This document shows positions 12,846 through 23,600 of a stretch of 64,000 nt of DNA, piece by piece. How positions within the stretch are numbered: position 1 is the stretch's first letter; the number at the start of each line of letters is the position of its first letter. The translations under genes were made by a program, and so were the position numbers. The stretch is from Balanoglossus misakiensis (lineage: Eukaryota > Animalia > Hemichordata). Under the pieces are notes generated by a model, which was not told where the DNA came from, ran no database searches, and worked only from the letters and a program-made list of their open reading frames with translations. Location of the stretch: contig JBECUI020000026.1 of NCBI GenBank assembly GCA_040954595.2, positions 372,001 to 436,000 of the forward strand, in the 5' to 3' direction.

Positions 12846-15344
12846 CCATGATGCTATAATTACCAAACTTTCCGCAAAAACTAATTGAATGTACCGGAAT
12901 TTTCCAAAATGTGCTAAATTTATGGTAAAAAAATACATTATTAGTTGTGATATTTCTATATGATGTGAATTACAGAGATTTTGTGGAAGAAAATGTACAA
13001 ATTAAGGTGTCACATTGATTTTTGCATTTTGTTTATGATAAAAGTTAATAAACAGCATATCTCATTTTTAGAAAATATATCTCACGGTGTTTAATGTAAG
13101 GTAGAAGGTCGGGCGGTAGGAAGAGTTCACCAAAAGAGGGCGCATTTTATCATCCATTGATTTATACTGTGTACGAGCAGAGAAGCCTCAGTGTTCGCGG
13201 TTAGAACCGTATCGGTAAGACAAAGACAGAAGAGTTGACAGACAACAAACTTATTCAGTTTATATCATATAATTCTTACTGTAAAACGTTCCCTGAATAA
13301 AGCCTTGTGCTCATAAGAACATTGAAGATTGTCGCATACAGACCGACACCCTTTTATCTATTGTAGGTATTGAATAGAACGCTAAATACCTGTGTATTTC
13401 TTATTCATTAAGCAATGATGTAACACAACAAGTTTCGGACAGTGTGAAGAAAGGGCCAAAGCACTCTTGCAAGTTAGTGTTGTGTACTCTTTTCCAACAC
13501 TGCTGCAAGCTGTTCAGCACCTGATGCTGCTTGTATCTCCGATGACAAATGGACAGTCTGTGTGCTGTCAAAGTAAATCCATCAATTTTGCGGAGCTGAA
13601 AGGAAAATGACAGCTTGTCAAACTCAAATCTGCCAGACGAAATAGGGAAAGAAATGCATAACAGGTAATCCACCATAGTATGAATTTTAGCCAGCATCCT
13701 ATGAAATGCGGTGAAACGGAACTGCAATTAATTTTAAATGAATTCTGCTCAAATTGTTTTGTTAGTTCTCAACATTGGATTGGAACCGTTAAATATATTG
13801 TACCGTATAACATTATCATACAGGTTAGTATGTCAAATATTTTTCCATTTGGCATTTTCTTCTTGAGGTCATTTCAACAGTATGCACACCACAGTTTGTG
13901 AGATATGGACAGAAACAAACAGGAATCTATGCAATGTTATAATAGTATATTATTGTTAACAAGAAAGCGGCAACTCTCTGCCTGGCAGAGAATAATGATA
14001 GTCTTTTTGAAAAAAAGGGCGTGCTGAGGATATGGTCAGTCAAAAACATACATGTATAAGGTATGCCTGAACTAATTTTTAACATGGTGTACATAAATAT
14101 TTATGCATTGTCACAATGACTGGAGGTCTTTAAATGACCAAGCTGTATGGACACCTCATTCAATGTTACATATATTTGTTATTACATGTTTATTGAAATT
14201 GCCAGTTGTCTGTTTTAATTCTGGCAGTTCTGCTGTGTCTTTTGTCTTGCCCTGACAGAATGCAGTAATATTTGCAGTACAAGAGGAGTGTCAGTAAATA
14301 GTGGAGCAATATCTTTCTACGAATGTACTCATGCATTGCTCCAAAGTGAAGTACATTCGCAAAACCAGTTTGGGAAATCGGGACTCTTTTCAAGATAATA
14401 CCACATTTTTGTGGATGTCACATGACATGGAAACACTCTAGAATCACGATTGAGATAAGGTTTCGGTTTGATATACCACTTCCTTGTTATTTCAATCTGT
14501 ATGTTTTCTTAACCCCCTCCCTCGAAAAAAGGTAATTGAGGTAATTGTAAAATTACCTGAAAACAAACAGGCTACTCTAGCCTCCATTTTATGAGGTTTG
14601 TGATGTAACATATTTTGAATTTCGTGAATCGATCAAAAGTTTCCGTGCACTAACTATCAAAACTATACCAAAAAATAATTTGGGCAATTCATAAGGAGAA
14701 TCTAGTGGGTCAGCGGCTATAGAACTGACGTAAGTGTAAGTATCAGAGGATTGTGGGTACGAGGCTGGGAAGAGCAAAACTCGAACACTCATGAAATCTA
14801 CACGTGACGCCAAATTCTTTGTAATATGAACAGTGGAAAACTGCCATGCCATCCCTCTAAGTGCAAACTTCCAAAGATTTCAATCTGGTAATATTTAAAA
14901 AAAAATATTTTATTCAAATTCATGTGGTGATATTTAAAAAAAAATATTTTATTCAAATTCATGTTATAAATTAAACTTGCATCTATGATATAGAAATGAC
15001 TCTGTCTTATATAACAAAAATACAAATAACTTGGTTAGATGACCAAAGATTTCCCATCTCGAAAAGTTTCTACCAAAATGACTAACTCCAAATCTGCTAA
15101 GAGAGCCCTAGCAAATTTAATCACTGCACATTACTCTCGATAAAACGAAATATTGCGCATTCATTTTGTCCTTGAATTGAAATGCATGGCCAGTGTTCAT
15201 AGACTTCACACACACAGGATGTTTAAGGAGTTGAATTGTTATTGACAGCGACCAGGTCGGTAGATTCTATAGGATGAAGAAAAAATGAAAAGACAGTCAG
15301 TACATAGCTAAATTCTCCTATACAAGGGCGTCTTCAATTGGTAC

Positions 15345-15445
15345 AGTGACTGACTGAATGGATGAATGAATGAATGAATGAATGAATGAATGAATGAATG
15401 AATGAATGAATGCATGAATGAATGAATGAATGAATGAATGATGAA
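15345..15445. repeat. (TGAA)n microsatellite
   Basis: Seen directly; its partial copy at 26569-26650 marks the duplication junction. Confidence 0.95.
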
Positions 15446-16329
15446 CGGATGAGTCGTAATAATATGCTTCAATCATAGGGGCTTTGAAAATTATTAAAAT
15501 AAAATAAAAAATAATGTACTCACAACCGACATTTATACAACAGACAGCTCAAGAAACTCCTCCATGTGTACAATACTTTGCCAATTTAGTGACAACATCA
15601 GCTTGCAGAGCACGTGAGCACCGCTTTCGCCAGCCTGTGGTGCCCGCATATCTTTTTTGTTCAGCAGTAACATGCACGACACATGCAGAGACACAAACGT
15701 CCATGTTGCAAATTGTAGATGAAAGCATCAGCTGCGCTGGTTTTATGGTCAGCATCACTGGCTGTTACATGAAAACTGTTTGTCACATACCTTAACCAAC
15801 ATATACGTGTATCTGTATGGAAAGAAAGTAGGCTCACCCCCGGTACAGTATTATTTTTTTTGCATGCACGCAATGGCCTGAATTTGCTAAACTGGGATCA
15901 TCTGCGCGCATTTCAAAACGTGCTCGTTGCTTAACTTCGCGTGCTTTACTACTCACAATTATTCCACTTGTGAACGAACACGTCACCCAATTTTACAGTG
16001 TAGCCATGTGGAAAACTGGTGACAAGGTAATATTTCATTCGAAGATCAACCTACGTTCAGAAAGTTTGCATTGTGGTGAATTCTCACTGCTCTCGCAATG
16101 CGGTCTGTGGCGCACTGCCGCAGACCGCATTACACGTAGAAATAAATTCTGTACGTCACAGTTCGTAGGTCGCATAGGTCATGGAGTTAATCCATTATAC
16201 ATTGCGGCTTACAATTTCTCGTGACCCTCTTATCATGCAGCTTGTGTGTTACTGACCACTGACGCATGTCAAAACACTCAATATTTTTTTAATTTGCAAA
16301 ATCTTTCATTTTAAAGTTGTGATACTCAC

Positions 16330-16480
16330 TGCAGATAGCATTCTTTTCAGTAGGAACTATTTCTGCTGCCATTTCAATATTGTCTGTATTCCATGTAAAT
16401 ATATTTCCTCCAATTGAACAGTCCCCCGCCACAGCTGCAACCTCTTCTGCAGTCAGAACTTTTGACCACATGTATGTCAT
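16330..16480 (-). pseudogene. Truncated pentraxin/LamG-domain exon (copy at 27534-27684)
   Basis: YMWSKVLTAEEVAAVAGDCSIGGNIFTW fits the pentraxin C-terminal pattern W-x2-VL-x3-E...C...GN-x3-W. Ends at a GTGAGT donor; the 5' part is missing next to a MITE. Confidence 0.7.
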
Positions 16481-16514
16481 TTAGTCAAGACAATTTGGGA
16501 GAACTGTAGTTTAA

Positions 16515-16879
16515 AGCCTCCAAAGCTGCCACTTTTTGCATTATTTTCATGATTTTATTTTCCAACTTAAATTGGTTCATCAAAATAAGCTTACTGATAG
16601 GTATACATAAACATCTTATCGATGCCCGATTGTGACTGCATGTTGCAATTGGAACATGCTATGTATTAAAACGGTGCCTCACCGATTTAATCAGCCTTCA
16701 TACAAACAATAGCAGCTAAGCAGCTATCGTGAAATGCGACGCCAAGTGATGACAAACCAATGCAAATGCAAGTAATATGGCTTAATGGTCACGGGTGAAG
16801 ATTTTAGGGAATAGGGAATATACATATGAAGTATTTTACTCTGGAAAAAAATATGCCAATTTTAGCAGCTATAGGGTTT
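16515..16879. mobile_element. Kolobok-type MITE (copy 27719-28083; relatives start near 34803 and 59749)
   Basis: TTAA on both sides; degenerate TIR agcctccaaagctgc / gcagctatagggttt; interior aligns with 34803-35100. Confidence 0.6.
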
Positions 16880-17322
16880 TTAAAGCGCGGGCGAAGTATG
16901 AACAGATGCAGTAAATATCGATACATTGTATTTTGGAGGTTTCTCATAACCATGATTGGTTGGCTAATTATGCGGCGTTTTCTAAATAAAAGGAACAATA
17001 TTAATTTATTGTTGGGGCTCACCTCCGTTAACATCTTGCCGTCTCTGCTGAGTTTTGGCCTCTTCCAGCGGCACGTGTTTGTCCTTTAGGGCATGCTGTA
17101 AAATATTTAGAATAGCGCTGCCATTTGATCAAAGGATAAGCTGGCTTCGCGTGTTAGGGATGTGTGTCTGACGACTATGCCTCGAAGCAAAAGACACAGC
17201 CGACCCTGCCACGCAGATTCATTTGTTGTGTCACACATTTTGGATCCAAGAAGAGAATATCAACCTTGACGTTGCGAAAATGACAAGAAACTTTCACTCA
17301 TATAGGTTGTGTGATTACTTAC

Positions 17323-17421
17323 CCGCAACTTGTTGGGAATTGCTGTCACCAGAGGTGCCCACAGCGTGAAAGCCAGAATGACTGCGACGCCTGCATTGGA
17401 GTTCGTCATGAATGGAAACAT
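17323..17421 (-). other. Candidate first exon of a secreted protein with upstream TATA (copies 28527-28625, 54141-54239)
   Basis: TATAAAA on the minus strand at 17474-17480. M(FPFM)TNSNAGVAVILAFTLWAPLVTA-IPNKLR resembles a signal peptide and is followed by a consensus donor CGG|GTAAGT. Confidence 0.55.
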
Positions 17422-19695
17422 CGATGAACACGTTCGGTCTTCGATGAGGCTAGTGTCCACAGAATAGGCATTCTTTTATAACGCAGCTGGGAGGTGGTAA
17501 ATCCATTGTGATCACCATGCTATTAGTAGCCCAAGCAGTCAAACTTTGCGAAAAATATATAAATATGGAAAAATATATCAATGGGATCAATAGTTATTAA
17601 GCACTTTTTAAAAACAAATGACACCGTAAGATCAATTATCTTGTTTTCCGCGACAAGTTTCAACATGGTATGTCAGCGCTACCAGTGAATAATATTATTA
17701 GAAACTATGACAGCTGTAACCGTGCGATTAATGATTTGATCAATTTTAATCATATACTTGTAAATATTTGCGCGGGTGCTGGTTTAATAAACTGTGTTGA
17801 TATATAGGTGGAAGACTGTTTAGTTTTCCAGTCAATTATGTGATGTATTACGCCTGACGCTTAAATGATTTGGTCCAGGGAGAATAACCGCGTTTGGCCG
17901 GTCAAGCGAACCCTGGATCTTGCAGGCTCTGCCCACTTTCCAATCAACAACCTTTGAGCATGCGCAGTTGATACTTCACATTGTAAACAAGATGGCGTCG
18001 CTGTATATGCTTCTGGACCGCTGTCGCCCGACTATGTCGGCAAAGAAGAGACGAATTTAACCAAGCAACGCCATATCGGAAGATAGAATGATCGCGAGAT
18101 GAAACCGGGATATCCAACGATTTGGCAGCCATGTTGATTGATTGGTAAGTCGCCGAAGTAACTATTTGCCATTGATTTGTTTACCAGAAACGGTTTGCCT
18201 TTGGAACACATTTGACCTCACCGAAATTGATTTCAGAGTTTTTTCCCAAGAACTAATGACGTTCGTTTTCACCTGTCTGTCCCGAAGTTGCAAACGTGTT
18301 GTCTCTGAGAAAATAAATGTGATTTGTACCCGCGATAATCATAGTTCGGATTTCAACCCACAACATCAACGCCAGCCATTCACCAACATGTGCCAGATAA
18401 TGTTTATCAGTCATATTTTCTCAGTCTGAATTTACAAAAGACTAATTGTATATTATGCACATTGCAATTTTAATATGTAACACGTTTGACCTGAGTGGGA
18501 GAATGGATTGAAGGGACACAAGCTTTTGTAGCCACTTATATTTTGACACTGTTTATATAAATGTTGAGCTGGCATATTTGTTCCCTTATGATGTAGTGTA
18601 CCTGTTGCATTGAAATGAAGCTGTAATATTAAAGTGCAATTTAGTCCTTTGGTTTACTGGGAAAATGAGGTCAATAAATGACAGGTTTATTTAGATATAT
18701 GATATATTTCTCACAAGCACGTATGCATATGTATGAGATACTTATTTATTTTTAATTTATGTATTTATTTTTAATTTATTTTGTATGTTCAGGTAATCAT
18801 ATGGATTTGTATGGAATCACATACACATTAATTAAAGACTATCATATCACAGAAGTCGAGCCTCCACATGTGTAAGGTAACCATTTAGGTTTCATGACTA
18901 AGTTTGTTTAAGAATTCATAAAGCACGAATTCTACCTAATGAATGAATTTTCTTAGAATTTCACAACTGTGACAGGGTTTGCAGTTATGCGAAAAAGTGT
19001 TATTATTCACATACGAAACTTTTCGTATACATTTTTCTGATGGCAATGCATTTAACTTTGAACAAATATTGACGTCAGTTAGTAGTGCTATTTTGTCAGT
19101 GAAATTGCTTCATCATCATCCCTCCAACCAAAGTTGAAACTGAGTTGCAAATATTGCACAGCTTGAAATCATAAAATGTCGCAAAATTGAACCAACCATT
19201 CGGTCAACGATTATGTTCTTACAGCTATTATTAGAAGCAGACAGTCTCAGGGAACAAGATACATGGGCCTGATTTGCAAACTGAGTTGGAACTAACCTTG
19301 CCTGCCCATGGATGCGCCAATTCAGTGAATCTTATCGTATTAAAAATGAATATGGAGAACTATTCTCTGTGTTGTGATTGTTAGCCTACATGTATACATA
19401 TGTACCTTGAGTGATTCCACTTTCTTCAGTGTCCTGTGAATTCAGTTGCCATAACTTGCGCTTCACACAGCGCATACATGTAGGTCTAATCAATTGGGCA
19501 ACTGGGTCTTACAATATTATCTGATGCCTCTTACTGGCCGAAGGACCACAAGTTGCATTTTCACATCGCATATAAATAGAAAACCCATTAATTTCTACTG
19601 TATGATTTTATTGACGATTCAATAGTTTCATGACTGTTAGTGTTAATTACAATACCTAAATTCCCAAATGAAAGCATGCTGTCAGTTTTCATGTG

Positions 19696-20359
19696 TGTAG
19701 GATCTCTTGGCCCTACACGGACTCAATATCACTCCAAACTTCAACCACTCGAGACACTCGTACTTGTACGTAATCCACAACCATGAATAAAGTTCGATGT
19801 TCTTTAATGCACACTGGTTTCCGAATGTTTACATAACTTTTGCGTACATACAGCGAATTACGGACAGCAAATTACGGTTCTAAATGAAATGGGAAAAAAG
19901 GGAAAAATAGGAAACTCAAAGAAAGTACAATATGCGTTGTCAAATACACAAAAGTAAATTCAATAAAGTTCTAGTAAGCTTGACTGCCACGCCCAAGAAA
20001 TTACAAAACGCTGACGTGGCCGCAGTAATGACACGTCGGGAATTCACAATGAAACAGCTTGCTTGAAGTCCCACGAAAGTTGCGTCCAAAAACGGTATGC
20101 GAAATAATTGACAAAACTTGACTCGCTTACCTCAGATAGTGACGCCTTTGGGGTGATACCGAAGCTGCTGACGTTGACTCAACGAAACGACAAAATTTAA
20201 CTATACGTGTACGACGCTGAAACCCGCGTCCGTACAACACCACTTTGAACTGAGTGCCTGCGGGCAAACTTTCACCGCTACTTATATAAACCTCATTTAC
20301 ATAGCAGGTGGCATACAAAATGTCAGCCACCAATAGAAACGCAACAGTCAGCACTTACA
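19696..20359 (-). repeat. BEL 3' LTR (664 bp)
   Basis: Minus strand TGTAAGTGC...GATCCTACA, preceded by PPT-like GGGGCCGGTG (20360-20369); TATATAA at ~20282-20288. Confidence 0.92.
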
Positions 20360-20640
20360 CACCGGCCCCAGAAAGCGCACTATCCAAGGAGCTTTCTCTC
20401 ATGTTAAGAGTGCTGGTCTGCAATAAAACATAATAATATTAGTAATCATATATGAACAAATAGAGTTTTCATAGACTATTGAAAATATGTTCTTGTCTAT
20501 AAACAACGAAATCAAAATTGCGATTCAGCTTCTGGAATCAGTTACTAAATGAACAATCAATTTGAACAATTATCTTCATATTAGTTACATAAATCGCTCT
20601 TCAATGAACTTCACGTTTTGTTTGTGTTTTGTTTTTAATT

Positions 20641-23600
20641 TTAATTTTTGACATCAATATAGAAATTAGCTTCTAGCAAGCACACTTTCCTGACATCTCT
20701 TCTTAGTCTTCCTGTAGACGTCTTGATGAGAACTTGTCGGTTGTTACCATATCGATCTGGAAACGTCTGCTCCACAAGTCCCTTCTGCCAATGTCCGCGA
20801 CTGGCGTTTTCATCTACGATGAGTACGAAGTCACCGATAGCTAGGTTTCTTCTCGGCCGCAACCATTTCTGTCTTTCTTGGAGAGAAGGTAGATACTCAC
20901 GGACCCATCGCTTCCAGAACGTATCTGCTAGACACTGAGCTTCTTTCCTTCTCTCGTGGATTCCAAAGTACTTAGATTCATCTGGTGATGTACTTGGGTT
21001 GCATCGCAGTAACAATAGTGTGCTGGGGGTTAGCGGTTCAAGGTCGTTGGGGTCATCGGATAGATAAACCAGGGGACGATCGTTGAGAATCTTTTCTACT
21101 TCTGCCAGGAACGTCAGTAGGGTTTCATCATCTACCAATTTGTTTCCCATCAAGGAGCGCAGAATTTTCCGGACGGAACGAATCATCCGCTCCCATACAC
21201 CACCTGCATGACTCGCTGATGGGGGGTTAAAATGCCATTGTATTTCCTTCTTTCTTAGGCTATCCGTTATCCGTTCTTGGTTCCACTTTTCCAGAGAGTA
21301 TTTAACTTCACGCTCAGCTCCTCTGAAGTTTGTTCCATTATCGCTGAACAGCTTTCTGGGATTTCCACGTCGACTTACAAATCGCCAAACTGCTTGGATG
21401 AACGAATCTGTAGACAGACTGTGTGACACTTCTATATGGACAGCTCTGATTGCAAGACAGGTAAAAACGCATCCGTATCTTTTTGCGGTACCTCTTCTCC
21501 ATTTCACATACAATGGCCCAAAGTAGTCAATACCAACAGAAGAGAATGGAGGCTGTCTCGGTATCACTCTGGCTGCAGGAAGTGGGGCCATTAGTTGGTT
21601 ACCTGGCTTTGCATTCCAGCGCTTGCAAACAATACATCTGCCTACTGCTCTTCTTACTGTAGCCAGTCCACGTAGAATCCAGAACTTTTCTCTGACGGCT
21701 GCCAACAGCTGATTCGCACCAACATGACCTTCTCTTTCGTGGTAATGTCGTACGACCAATTCTGTCACTGGATGGTTATGAGGCAAGATAATTGGGTGCT
21801 TCTCAGTATTCTTTATGGGTGCATGGTCGAGTCTGCCACCAACGCATAACACATCATCTATAATCATCGGCGTAAGTTTCCGCAAAGGACTGATGTAACC
21901 TTCGCTATCAGGACTTTCACTGGTGGATTTTGAACTGGATGCCATTTCTCTTGGAAACATCTTCCGCTGCACCATTTTGACGATTGCTAATGTAGCTGAA
22001 GACAATTCATCGACTGTTAAGGGACCTGTTGCCATTTTCTGATCTCGGCCAGTACGATTCTTCAGGTAAGTTTTGTAACGTAGCAACCAAGCAATCAATT
22101 TCTGCAACTTGTACCAACTTGAATATCTATTCAACAGAAGGTCGACGATTTGGTCTTCGGTTTTACTTCTGGTACTTGTACTACATACTTGGGCTTTCCT
22201 CTTCAATTCTTTGTCATCGCTCGGTATTTCTGGTAGATCTATGGGATGCACTGGCCAATTACTTTCAGGACGCCATAGGAACTCTGGACCCATTATCCAG
22301 GTTTTGGTTTGGTTACCATCTACATCTTCCAACTGAATGCCCCTTGATGCAAGATCTGCTGGATTGTGTTCAGAGGGAACGTGGCGCCATTGTGAAGGTG
22401 TTGACGAGTCGTTGATGGTCTGGATCCTATTGGCGACAAAGGTTTGAAACCTCTTACCAGTATTACGTATATATTGGAGTACAATAGTCGAGTCAGTCCA
22501 GTAGACCACCTTGTGGATTGGTATTTGAAGTTCCTCCTGGATCTGTCTGCTAACCTTCACCGACACTGTAGCAGCTGTCAGTTCCAATCTTGGTATCGTC
22601 ATGGTCTTGAGAGGTGTAACTCTGGACTTTCCCATTACGAGGCAGCAATGGATTCTGTCTTTTACATCCATTAGGCGGAGATACGAGGCCGTACCATATC
22701 CGTTTAATGATGCGTCCGAAAAATTGTGAAGTTCTACCATTTGTAGCTCATCAAATTCTGGCGGTTTGTAGCACCGTGGTGTCAATATTTCTCTCAGGTT
22801 AGATAATTTAGGCCACCATTTTCTCCATGCGATGATCTGTTGTTGAGGAATCTCGTCATCCCAACCGCAATCACTTCTGCACAATTCTTGGAGAATTCGT
22901 TTTGCAGGCAGGACAAATGGAGCTGCAAACCCAAGTGGATCGTATATCGATGCGACGCATGATAGAATACCTCGTCTGGTTTCTTCCTTCAGATGATTAC
23001 CAACTCTGAAGCTGAACGTGTCCTTTCCTATATTCCACTCCACCCCGAGCGCTCTGTCGATGGGTTGTTCATCTATGGACATATTCACAACTGAAGGTGC
23101 TTTGTCAGTCGGCGGGATTGACTCTAAAACTTCTGTGCTGTTCGAAATCCATTTGGTAATGTGGAAACCACCTCTTTCCAACATGGCGGACAGTTTACCA
23201 ACTAAGTTGATAGCTGACTTTGTGGTAGGTGTAGACTTTAGACAATCATCTACGTAGAAATTCCTGTAGACTGTGTCCACGATCTGGGGTTCAAAATCAG
23301 CTCTGTTGTCATCAGCAGTTTTTCTCAGGGCATATGACGAGCAGCTGGGGGATGACTTGGCTCCAAAGAGATGCACCATCATTTGATAATCTTCAGGTTC
23401 CTTGGACAGATCACCACTTGGCCACCAAAGAAATCTCAGTACGTCTCTGTCTTTAGGATCAACCAGCACCTGATGAAACATTTGCTTGATGTCTGCGACT
23501 ACAGCTATTGGCTCCTGTCGAAACCGGAGAAGAACTCCGATTAGTGAATTCATGAAGTCTGGCCCCTGTAGTAGTTGTTCATTTAGAGATGTTCCAGCAT

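Larger units (their letters stand above)
15365..20359. repeat. Copy 1 of a 4995-bp direct repeat (host flank + BEL LTR)
   Basis: Constant offset of 11204 to 26569-31563; all paired ORF translations are identical. Confidence 0.95.

Noticed and set aside
10982-12859. 600-aa repetitive ORFs in all three plus frames
   Set aside because: Artefact of a stop-free 44-bp unit cycling through the frames; no evidence of coding.
13401-13727. Possible further exon of the pentraxin-type gene
   Set aside because: An acceptor-like site is present, but no recognisable domain and stops in the plausible frames.
14890-14965. 40-bp tandem duplication
   Set aside because: AT-rich local slippage with no further structure.
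16096-16131. GC hairpin as a Helitron 3' end or terminator
   Set aside because: No properly spaced CTRR end and no matching 5' end found.
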